Positions 15,227-23,136 of a stretch of 64,000 nucleotides of DNA are shown here, piece by piece (position 1 is the first letter of the stretch; the number at the start of each line of letters is the position of its first letter). A program made the position numbers and the translations under genes. Under the pieces are notes generated by a model. That model had not been told where the DNA came from. It saw nothing but the letters and a program-made list of their open reading frames with translations, and did not search any database. The DNA is taken from positions 14,732 to 78,731 of the forward strand of contig DAOOFR010000001.1 of the NCBI GenBank assembly GCA_035415285.1, given 5' to 3'. The DNA is from Opitutaceae bacterium (GTDB lineage Bacteria; Verrucomicrobiota; Verrucomicrobiia; Opitutales; Opitutaceae).

Positions 15227-16146
15227 ACGACAAATTTCCGCTTTACGAACTGGTCGTGCTCAGCGGCAAGGGCGGCACGGGCAAGACCTCGGTCACGGCG
15301 TCGCTCGCGGTGCTGTCCGGCGGTCGGGCGGTTTTTGCCGACTGCGATGTCGACGCCGCCAACCTCGAGTTGGTCCTGGGGCCGACGCTGCGCGAGCGCG
15401 CCTCGTTTTCGGGAGGCGAGCGGGCGGTCGTCGATCCCGGGCGCTGCACGGGCTGCGGCAGGTGTGTCGAGTTGTGCCGGTTCGGCGCCATCGAGTTCGC
15501 CGCCGGGCCGGACGGGCGGCGGGTCGCCCGGATCGATCCGCCCGCCTGCGAGGGCTGTGGCGTGTGCGAACGGCTCTGCGCGGAGCGGGCGATCTCGATG
15601 CAGCCGGTGGACGGCGGTGCGTGGTTCGTCTCCGACACGCGGCATGGTCCGCTGGTCCATGCGCGGCTGACGCCCGGGCTGGGAAACTCCGGGAAACTGG
15701 CGACGCAGGTGCGCGAGCGGGCGCGACGCGAGGCGCGCGCGCTGGGGCGGCCGCTGGTGCTGGTCGACGGCCCTCCCGGGGTGGGCTGCCCGGTGATCGC
15801 CACGCTCACCGGCGCCAGCCAGGTGCTGGCCGTCACGGAGCCGACCCCCTCGGGCGAACACGATCTCAGGCGCCTGCTCGAGCTGTGCCGGCATTTCCGG
15901 ATACCGGTTTGGGTGTGTCTGAACAAGGGCGACCTGTTCCCGGAGCTGGCGGTCCGGATCGAGGCGCTGGCCGCCGAGTTCGACGCGAGGTGCGTGGGCT
16001 CGATCCCGTTCGATCCGGCGGTGACGGCGGCGCAGCGTGCGGCCTTGGCGACGGTCGAGCACGGCGACGGCCCGGCGGCGCGCGCGCTCGTGGAACTGTG
16101 GGGGCGATTGTCCCCCTTGTTGCCCGGCGGTCGGCCGCCCGGTTGA
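15223..16146 (+). CDS. MinD/ParA-superfamily P-loop ATPase with a 2x[4Fe-4S] ferredoxin insert (second copy)
   Basis: SGKGGTGKTS, CTGCGRCVELC and CEGCGVCERLC. The start overlaps the previous stop (ATGA at 15223). This is the real part of track ORF 14287-16146. Confidence 0.9.
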   Translation: MNDKFPLYELVVLSGKGGTGKTSVTASLAVLSGGRAVFADCDVDAANLELVLGPTLRERASFSGGERAVVDPGRCTGCGRCVELCRFGAIEFAAGPDGRRVARIDPPACEGCGVCERLCAERAISMQPVDGGAWFVSDTRHGPLVHARLTPGLGNSGKLATQVRERARREARALGRPLVLVDGPPGVGCPVIATLTGASQVLAVTEPTPSGEHDLRRLLELCRHFRIPVWVCLNKGDLFPELAVRIEALAAEFDARCVGSIPFDPAVTAAQRAALATVEHGDGPAARALVELWGRLSPLLPGGRPPG

Positions 16147-16199
16147 GCGGGCGGTGCTGGCGCGTTGCCTCCCTCCCCCCATTTATCCAGAATAAAACC

Positions 16200-16577
16200 A
16201 TGACCTGCATCCCTCCTCCCGTCCTCGCCGCGTGGGCCAACCGCGACGGCTACGCTGTGCTCACCACGGTCGACCCGCACGGCATGCCCAACGCGATCTA
16301 CGTCGGCTCGTTCCAGCTGCTCGGCGACGACACCATCGTCATTGCCGACAACTACTTCGCCAAGACGCGGGCGAACATCGGGGCCGGCAGCCGCGGGGCG
16401 TTCGTGTTCCTCACGAAGGAGCGAAAATCCTACCAGTTGAAGGGGCATTTCGAGTACATCACGTCCGGCCCGGTCTTCGACGAGATGAAGCGATGGAACC
16501 CGTCCCGGCATCCCGGCGTGGCGGCGGCCGTGCTGCGGGTGGACGAGGTCTACAGCGGCGCGGAGCGGCTGGCGTGA
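16200..16577 (+). CDS. PNPOx-like FMN-binding split-barrel protein (paralog of 8350-8727)
   Basis: MTCIPPPVLAAWANRDGYAVLTTVDPHGMPNAIYVGS...IADNYFAKTRANIGAG...FLTKERKSYQLKG aligns end to end with the 8350 protein. Confidence 0.7.
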   Translation: MTCIPPPVLAAWANRDGYAVLTTVDPHGMPNAIYVGSFQLLGDDTIVIADNYFAKTRANIGAGSRGAFVFLTKERKSYQLKGHFEYITSGPVFDEMKRWNPSRHPGVAAAVLRVDEVYSGAERLA

Positions 16578-16684
16578 GTAGCGAGTTGGCTGCTTGGGGG
16601 GCGCCGCCGCCCGGGGCGCAGGCGTCCCTGCCTGCGGCCTTCGGCTCGACCGCACCCACGCCGGGAGTCGGTCTTGCCGGTTTA

Positions 16685-16724
16685 CCGCCCACGGACCACT
16701 GCCCACCGTCGACGGTCCACCGGG
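16685..16724 (-). repeat. Short heptamer array, reverse orientation (YCCACCG on the plus strand)
   Basis: cccacgg accactg cccaccg tcgacgg tccaccg. This is the reverse complement of the CGGTGGR family, and it abuts the DUF4031 remnant. Confidence 0.55.
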
Positions 16725-16928
16725 CATCCATCTACGTCGATCGACTGCGCGTGCACCGCAGCCGCACCGAACCGGCGCGCACGGCCGGGGAACAGTTCGG
16801 CCACCGGTGGTGCCACCTCTGGTGCGACGACCTTGCCGCCTTTCGGTCGCGAACGCGCACTCGCACTCGGCGCGGTGGAGCATTCGCTGAAGACGTGGCT
16901 GCGCCAGCGGAGTAATCCTCCCGCGTGA
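16725..16928 (+). pseudogene. Decayed DUF4031 paralog
   Basis: IYVDRLRVHRSRTEPARTAGEQFGHRWCHLWCDDLAA is in one frame and LPPFGRERALALGAVEHSLKTWLR is in another. Relative to 9447-9770, the N-terminus is replaced by the heptamer array and about 85 nt are deleted, with a frameshift. Confidence 0.65.
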
Positions 16929-17270
16929 GAGCGGAGCGTTTCCTCGCCTGGCGCGATGCGCACCAACGGCGCCGCCGAGCCGTGCGCACTCTTTTGTTCT
17001 TGATGAGGTGGTCCTGGGGGGCGTTCGGGCTGTGTTCGCGCCCGCCGGGGTGATACGTGCTCGAGTCGTCGACGGGTTCGTGCTGGCGGTCGCACGCGCT
17101 GGTCTCTACGCGCGGGGGCAGGGCCTGCGTGAGTTGGCGATGCTCCGGTTGTTCGGATGCCCCAAGCGCCTGCGCAGACGGTTCAAGTTCGCGACGGGGC
17201 GGCCGATGGACCGGGCGCGGGTTGTCCTCACACAACCGCATGGCGGGGGGATTCTACTCAAACCGAGTTC

Positions 17271-19196
17271 ATGAGACGTTCGACAATGACTATTGGCCGG
17301 CGGGTTTCCGTCGGCTTTGCGCTGATCATCGGCGTGCTGGTGGCGGTGAGCGTGACCAACTGGTACTTCGAAAAGGGCGTGCAGCGGGAGGTGGACTTCG
17401 TGGATCACTCGGTGATCCCGGCCAACATCGCCGCCGCTGCGCTGCTCGCGGAGATGGACGAGTTCCGGCTCAACGCACGCGTCTTCGGGGTGACGGGCAA
17501 AGCGGCGGATATCGATCGCACCCGCCAGGCGCTGGTGCGCGTGAAGGAGGCGGCCTCGAAGGTGACCACGTTGGTTTCGGCCGATGCCCGCCTGGCTGCG
17601 GAGTTGGGTGGGCCGTTACGGGCCTTCGACGAAGCGCTCGTCGCCTACGAGCCCATTCTGGAACGCACTGTCGCCGGCCACGCGGCGATGCAGGAACGCT
17701 TTCGCACTCTTGCGACCGAAGGGGGCAAGGCGCTCGCCGCCTCGTGCGAAATGCTCGACGGCATGCTCGCGGCCTCGGCCAAGGACCACGCCTCCGGCAA
17801 CGACGCCGAAGCGGCCCGCCGTCTGGCTCGCATCGATGGGATGATCAAGACCGCCAATGGCGTGCAGGGGCTGGTGGAGGCGGCCTGGCGCTCGGCTTCG
17901 GAGCAGGACGCCACGCCGCTCGCCGAGGCGCGCGCCTCCGTGCCCAAGCTGCTGGCGACCATCGCCGAGATCCGCTCGACCCAGGTCAACGCCGCGAACA
18001 TCGCGCGGCTCGAAGCCGTCGGGAGCGCGCTGAAGGCGCTCGACGCCGCGGGGGAGTCCTACCTTTCCGAGCACGCCCGGCTGTTGCAGACCAACGACGC
18101 CCGCGCCCGTGCGGGCGAAGTCGCCGCGAAGGCCACCTTGGATTTCATCGGCGCGGCGGGGAAACTCTCGGACGGTAGCATGGTGTCCGTCGAGCGTGCG
18201 ATGGCCCGCCTCGGCTACACGCTCTTCATCGGCGTGGGGCTGGGGCTGTTGTTGGGCACCGCGGCCGCCTTTCTCATCATCCGCGGGGTCAACCGCGCGC
18301 TCGCCGCGACCGCCGAGACCCTCTCCGGCAGCGCGCAGCTGGTCGCCAGTGCCGCCGGCCAAGTCTCCGCTTCGAGCCAGTCGCTGGCCGAGGGCTCGAG
18401 CGAACAGGCCGCGTCGCTGGAGGAGATCGGCTCCTCGATCGAGGAGTTGACGAGCATGACCAAGCTCAACGCCGGCCACGCCGACTCCGGCAAACAGGCC
18501 TCGCACGAGGCCCGCAGCGCCGCCGAGTCGGGGGCCCAGCACATGGCCCGCATGCAGGAGGCGATGGGCGCCATCGCGCACTCGTCGGACGAGATCTCGA
18601 AGATCATCAAGACCATCGACGAGATCGCCTTCCAGACCAACCTGCTCGCCCTCAACGCCGCCGTCGAAGCGGCCCGCGCGGGCGAGGCCGGCGCCGGTTT
18701 CGCCGTCGTCGCCGAGGAGGTGCGCTCCCTCGCGCAGCGCTCGGCCGTGGCCGCCAAGGAGACCGCCGCCAAGATCGAGGACTCGACCCGCAAGTCCGCC
18801 CAGGGCGCGGAGATCTCCGCCCTCGTTGCCAAGGAGCTGAATACGATCGTCGAGAAGGCGCGCGAGGTGGACCGGCTGGTCAACGAGGTCGCTTCCGCCT
18901 CCCGGGAGCAGTCCGAGGGGCTCGTCCAGATCAACGGCGCCATCTCCCAGCTCGACAAGGTCACGCAGGGCAACGCCGCCGGCGCCGAGGAGACCGCCTC
19001 CGCCGCCGAGCACCTCAACGCCCAGTCGACCGAGCTGCTCCAGGCGGCTTCCGGCCTGGCTGCGTTGGTCGGCCTGGATACCGCCGGCGGCCCCACGTCC
19101 GCCACGGCCCACCCCGCGCCTGCGGCGCTATCCTCCGCCGCTCCGGCGTCGCGCTCGCCCAAGCCTGCGGCACCCGCCACGGCCCACTTCCGCTAG
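17271..19196 (+). CDS. Methyl-accepting chemotaxis protein
   Basis: N-terminal TM segment, a roughly 300-aa helical sensor region, a second TM segment, and the highly conserved signalling hairpin [47 protein letters not shown]. Confidence 0.9.
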   Translation: MRRSTMTIGRRVSVGFALIIGVLVAVSVTNWYFEKGVQREVDFVDHSVIPANIAAAALLAEMDEFRLNARVFGVTGKAADIDRTRQALVRVKEAASKVTTLVSADARLAAELGGPLRAFDEALVAYEPILERTVAGHAAMQERFRTLATEGGKALAASCEMLDGMLAASAKDHASGNDAEAARRLARIDGMIKTANGVQGLVEAAWRSASEQDATPLAEARASVPKLLATIAEIRSTQVNAANIARLEAVGSALKALDAAGESYLSEHARLLQTNDARARAGEVAAKATLDFIGAAGKLSDGSMVSVERAMARLGYTLFIGVGLGLLLGTAAAFLIIRGVNRALAATAETLSGSAQLVASAAGQVSASSQSLAEGSSEQAASLEEIGSSIEELTSMTKLNAGHADSGKQASHEARSAAESGAQHMARMQEAMGAIAHSSDEISKIIKTIDEIAFQTNLLALNAAVEAARAGEAGAGFAVVAEEVRSLAQRSAVAAKETAAKIEDSTRKSAQGAEISALVAKELNTIVEKAREVDRLVNEVASASREQSEGLVQINGAISQLDKVTQGNAAGAEETASAAEHLNAQSTELLQAASGLAALVGLDTAGGPTSATAHPAPAALSSAAPASRSPKPAAPATAHFR

Positions 19197-19370
19197 GCCG
19201 TGTCAGTCCCTTCTGGCGTCGGGTCCGAGCCCGCCGTTTCGACCGGTCCGACAACCCGAACCGATCAAGGAGCGCGCGCCGGCCCGGCCCAAGCGCCTTC
19301 CCTTGCGGTCATGGCTGGGCCGCTCGTCCCCCGGTCCGTGGCGCGGCCCGGAGTCCGGAGCCAGGCCTGC

Positions 19371-19600
19371 TCACCAGCTGTAGCTGAGGCTTGTGTACAT
19401 GAAGCGACCGGGTTCGTTGGCGACGATCGGAGTCGCGGCCGTGCCGGCCACGACCTCCGGCCCGCAGAAATCGGCGACCGCGTAGGTCTCGTCGAAGAGG
19501 TTGTCGGTGCCGGCGGCGAGGCTCCACGCGCCGATGTGGCAGCCCACGCGGAGGGAACGGGGGCGTCCGTGGCCAATCCATCCATCGGGTACGACGGCCC
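19371..19600 (-). pseudogene. C-terminal fragment of a TonB-dependent receptor
   Basis: Translation ...RVGCHIGAWSLAAGTDNLFDETYAV...ANEPGRFMYTSLSYSW is a TBDR C-terminal barrel end. The ORF is only 93 aa with an upstream in-frame stop and has no plug or barrel body. Confidence 0.55.
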
Positions 19601-19756
19601 ATGGGGCGTGAGTCCTGAGTGCCGGCCGAAGGCGGCAATGAGCAACTTTCACTAACTCCCCGACTGCTTGCGCCGATAGAGAACGGCATCAGCCGGGGGG
19701 ATGCGACTGCGTTCGCCTCGGACGCCCCGATTCGAACCACCACCCCATCCCTCGCC

Positions 19757-19984
19757 ATGGCACAATGTGAATGCCTCCCCGGTTGCCCGTTCTTCAACGA
19801 CCGTATGCCCGACACCTCGGGGCTCGGGAAGATCTACAAGGACAAGTATTGCCTGGGCGATAACGCCAACTGTGCCCGGCATATGGTGATGAAGGCGCTC
19901 GGCAAGCCGGCGGTGCCGGCGAACCTCTACCCGAACATGAGGGATGTCGCGCAGAGCCTGATCGCCCAAGTCAAGGCCGCCTGA
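19757..19984 (+). CDS. Small conserved-looking Cys-rich protein, function unknown
   Basis: MAQCECLPGCPFFNDRMPDTSGLGKIYKDKYCLGDNANCARHMV... has six Cys in 75 aa. Start at the in-frame ATG 19757. Confidence 0.5.
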   Translation: MAQCECLPGCPFFNDRMPDTSGLGKIYKDKYCLGDNANCARHMVMKALGKPAVPANLYPNMRDVAQSLIAQVKAA

Positions 19985-20013
19985 CCGCGCGGTCCCTCTT
20001 GCGCCCGCGCGGC

Positions 20014-20075
20014 TCAGTGCCACAGCGAGTGGACAATCAGGATGGTGGCGATGCTGGCTCCGATCCGCCGATGCT
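20014..20075 (-). pseudogene. Remnant of a ZIP transporter 3' end
   Basis: tcagtgccacagcgagtggacaatcaggatggtggcgatgctgg aligns with the 3' end of the intact ZIP gene at 26629 (tcagtgccgcagcgagtggaccagaacgatggttccgatgccgg). It encodes ...IATILIVHSLWH versus ...IGTIVLVHSLRH. Confidence 0.5.
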
Positions 20076-20280
20076 CGCCCATGCCCAGACGCGCGTGCAG
20101 GAGATGCAGCAGCAATACGCCAATGCCGATCGCCAGTGCGCCCAGCTGCGCGAACGAATCCGGACCACGACGGAGAAAGAGACCAGGCCCCAGCTCAAGG
20201 AGCAGCAGAAGGTCGCCAAGCAGTTGAAGAAGGCGCTGCGCACGCGCGAGCGGGAGCTGAAGCAGCTTTCGCAGAATTGA
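20062..20280 (+). pseudogene. Truncated paralog of the secreted Gln/Lys-rich protein (4514-4996)
   Basis: DPPMLAHAQTRVQEMQQQYANADRQCAQLRERIRTTTEKETRPQLKEQQKVAKQLKKALRTRERELKQL aligns with the C-terminal half of the 4514 protein. It lacks the signal peptide and the Gly tract. Confidence 0.5.
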
Positions 20281-20415
20281 ACCCGGCAGGCCCAAAACCG
20301 GGGCCGTGGTTTCCATGACAGAACTCCACTGCGGGCTCGCGTCCTCAACATTCGGGCGGACGGGCCGGCTGCGCGGTCGCAACGTGCGGCCCACCGGGGA
20401 GGAGACTTCCCCTGT

Positions 20416-22086
20416 TTACGGTGCGGGCAGTTTTGCCGGAGAACGCGGATCGATGGTGGCGCGAAGGCCGCCGGTGAGCGATTGCACGAGGAAACCGCGC
20501 TGGGCGAGAATGCGCGCGGCGAAGTAGGAGGTCTTGCCGAGGGCGCAGACGGTCACAACCGGGCGGCCCTTGTCGAGTTCGCCGCAGCGCTGGCGCAGGA
20601 CGGCGAGCGGGATGTTGATCGTGCCGCGGCGCGGGATGGGGTGCTTAGAGGCGAGGTCGGCCGGGCGGATGTCGACGATCTGCACGGCGGGATCGTCGGG
20701 CAGCGAGTCCACGGGATCGAGCAGGCCGTCGCGGGTGTTGCAGGCGGCCAGACCGGCGAGGTTCACGGGATCCTTCGCGGAGCCGAAGGGCGGGGCGTAG
20801 GCGAGCTCGAGTTCGGCGAGGTCGTCGATCGCGAGCCCGCCCGCGATCGCTGTCGCCATGACATCGAGACGCTTGTCGACGCCGGCCAAGCCCGTGGCCT
20901 GGGCACCGAGCACCCGGCCGTCCGCCGGGTCCCAGAGCAGCTTGAGCATGAGCGGCTGCGCGCCGGGATAGTAGCCGGCGTGGTGGTTGTCGTTCACCGT
21001 CACCGTGCAGTAGTTACGGCCGGCGACACGGAGCCGCTTCTCGGACCAGCCGGTGAGGCCGGCGGTGACGCCGAAGGCGCGCACGATCGCGGTGCCGAGC
21101 GCGCCGGGGAGCGGCTTCATCGCGGCGGGGCGGAAGATGTGGTCGGCGACGGCGCGCCCCTGGCGGTTGGCGGGGCCGCCGAGCGGCACCGCGCAGGTGT
21201 CGCCGGTGACGAGATCGCGAACCTCGATGGCGTCGCCCGCGGCGTAGATGTCGGGGTCATTGGTGCGGAGGTATTCGTCGGTGCGAATGTGGCCGCGCGG
21301 GCCGAGCTCGAGGCCGGCCGCCTTGGCCAGCGCGGTGTCGGGCCGTACCCCGATGGCGAGCACGACAAGGTCGGCGGCGAGGGAGCGGCCGGACTTGAGC
21401 TGGCAGGCGAGTGCGCCGCAGGCGGGGGCGAAACCGGCGATGGCGTCGCCGAGGTGGAGCTGCACGCCGTGGCGTCTGAACTCGTCCTCCATGAGCAGTG
21501 TCATGGGCCGGTCGAGCGGCGGCAGGAGCTGGTCGAGCAGTTCGACGAGGGCGACCTCCTTCTTGAGGTGCACGAACTGCTCGGCCATTTCGAGGCCGAT
21601 GAAGCCGGCGCCGATGACGACGACTTTCTGGGCTTCGGTGACGGCGGTCTTGATGCGGTCCATGTCGCCAAGGGAGCGGAGCGTGTGGATGCGTGGGTCG
21701 TCGATGCCGGGGAGCGACGGGCGCAGCGGCGCGGCGCCGGGTGCGAGCACGAGCTTGTCGTAGGGCAGCCACTCCTCGGCGCCGGTGGCGAGGGTGCGGA
21801 GCTGCACGCGTTTGCCTGCGCGGTCGATGGCGACGGCCTCGGTGCCGGTGCGGGCGTCGACGTTGAGCAGCGCCCGCAGCGACTGCGGCGTGTGGATGGC
21901 CAATGCGTTGCGTTCGGGGATCTCTCCGCCGACGTGGTAGGGCAGGCCGCAGTTGGCGAACGACACGTCGGGTCCGCGCTCGATCAGGGTGATCTGGGCG
22001 GCTTCGGAGAGGCGACGGGCACGGGCGGCGGCGGTGGCGCCGGCGGCGACACCGCCGATGATGACAAGACGGAGCGGGTTGGACAT
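20416..22086 (-). CDS. CoA-disulfide reductase / NADH-dependent persulfide reductase-like flavoprotein fused to a rhodanese domain
   Basis: FAD motif IIGGVAAGATAAARA, redox Cys SFANCGLPYHVGG, NAD motif VVIGAGFIGLEMAE and a C-terminal rhodanese active-site loop VVTVCALGKTS. Confidence 0.9.
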   Translation of the reverse strand: MSNPLRLVIIGGVAAGATAAARARRLSEAAQITLIERGPDVSFANCGLPYHVGGEIPERNALAIHTPQSLRALLNVDARTGTEAVAIDRAGKRVQLRTLATGAEEWLPYDKLVLAPGAAPLRPSLPGIDDPRIHTLRSLGDMDRIKTAVTEAQKVVVIGAGFIGLEMAEQFVHLKKEVALVELLDQLLPPLDRPMTLLMEDEFRRHGVQLHLGDAIAGFAPACGALACQLKSGRSLAADLVVLAIGVRPDTALAKAAGLELGPRGHIRTDEYLRTNDPDIYAAGDAIEVRDLVTGDTCAVPLGGPANRQGRAVADHIFRPAAMKPLPGALGTAIVRAFGVTAGLTGWSEKRLRVAGRNYCTVTVNDNHHAGYYPGAQPLMLKLLWDPADGRVLGAQATGLAGVDKRLDVMATAIAGGLAIDDLAELELAYAPPFGSAKDPVNLAGLAACNTRDGLLDPVDSLPDDPAVQIVDIRPADLASKHPIPRRGTINIPLAVLRQRCGELDKGRPVVTVCALGKTSYFAARILAQRGFLVQSLTGGLRATIDPRSPAKLPAP

Positions 22087-22095
22087 GGGGGAGAT

Positions 22096-22130
22096 CGGTA
22101 GGCGGTGGGCGGTGAACTGTGGACCGTAGG
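22096..22130 (+). repeat. Short heptamer array (CGGTGGR family), 5 units
   Basis: cggtagg cggtggg cggtgaa ctgtgga ccgtagg. It starts 10 nt from the start codon of the reductase gene (22086, minus strand). Confidence 0.6.
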
Positions 22131-22195
22131 TCGGTTTGAGACCGGATGCGTGGGGTGAATGATAGGACTGCGGAGAGCCGGGCTGAAGCGCCGCG

Positions 22196-22519
22196 CTATT
22201 TGGGCAGGTTCGAGCCGAGCCAGGTGCGCACGGAGCCTTCGGGCATGGAGCCGCTGAACTCCGCCGCGATCTGACCGGCGTGGAAGAGCTTCACGTTCGG
22301 GATGCCGCGGATGCCGAACTGCTCGGCCAGCTCGGGGTGGAGATCGACGTTGACCGTGACCAGCGACCAACGGCTGGCCGCCTCGCCGGCGAGCTTCTCG
22401 AGGACGGGTTTGAGCGAGCGGCACGGGCCGCACCAGGGCGCCCAGAAGTCGACCAGCACCGGCACGGTGCGGCTGCGCTCAAGGACATCGGCGGAGAAAT
22501 CGGATACTTCGTGGTTCAT
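22196..22519 (-). CDS. trxA: Thioredoxin
   Basis: 107 aa with VLVDFWAPWCGPCRSLKP, the canonical WCGPC active site. Confidence 0.9.
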   Translation of the reverse strand: MNHEVSDFSADVLERSRTVPVLVDFWAPWCGPCRSLKPVLEKLAGEAASRWSLVTVNVDLHPELAEQFGIRGIPNVKLFHAGQIAAEFSGSMPEGSVRTWLGSNLPK

Positions 22520-22607
22520 GGCAATGGAGTGATAGAATAGGAGTTAAGTTGTGGACGTTGGCGGAAGTGGAAAGGCGAACGGACTGGAGGCGAAGCGGAA
22601 CCGGGCT

Positions 22608-23087
22608 TCAGCGGATCGAGGCGCGAAGGTTGATCGCTTGGGCGACCGGTGCGCCCACGGCGTCGTTTTCCGGCAGTTGCGGGCAGGTGGCCCGGCAGCC
22701 GGTCAGCGCATATCGGCCGGCCGGAAGCACGAACTCGCAGACTCCGTCGTTAGTCGGGAGCCGTTGGGCGCGATCGCCGGCGGCCGACTCGGTGACCAGC
22801 GTGCCGCCGCTGGCCAGGTAACGGCTGCGCAACGACGCGACGACATGGCCCGCGCCGTCGCGCAGCGTGACCTGCGCGCGGCCGTTCCAGTCGCCGGCGG
22901 CGGAGACGCGGTATTCGACGACCACGCGGCCGCCGGGGTGGTCGACATAGCCGGCGGCGATCTCTTCCGGCCAGTCGGCGAATTTGCGGTAGTTGGCCTG
23001 GGCCGGGCCGAGGTCGATCGTGCCGGCCGCGAATGCGGCGGTGGCGAGGGCGGCCGAGGCCGCCAATGCGAGGATGCAGGTATTCAT
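22608..23087 (-). CDS. Secreted hypothetical protein
   Basis: Signal peptide MNTCILALAASAALATAAFAAG. 159 aa with no recognised domain. Sits in the same-strand array between the transporter and trxA. Confidence 0.45.
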   Translation of the reverse strand: MNTCILALAASAALATAAFAAGTIDLGPAQANYRKFADWPEEIAAGYVDHPGGRVVVEYRVSAAGDWNGRAQVTLRDGAGHVVASLRSRYLASGGTLVTESAAGDRAQRLPTNDGVCEFVLPAGRYALTGCRATCPQLPENDAVGAPVAQAINLRASIR

Positions 23088-23136
23088 GATTCGTGAGGTC
23101 GTGCTTCAGCGGACACGTGGCGTGGCGGCCGACCGT

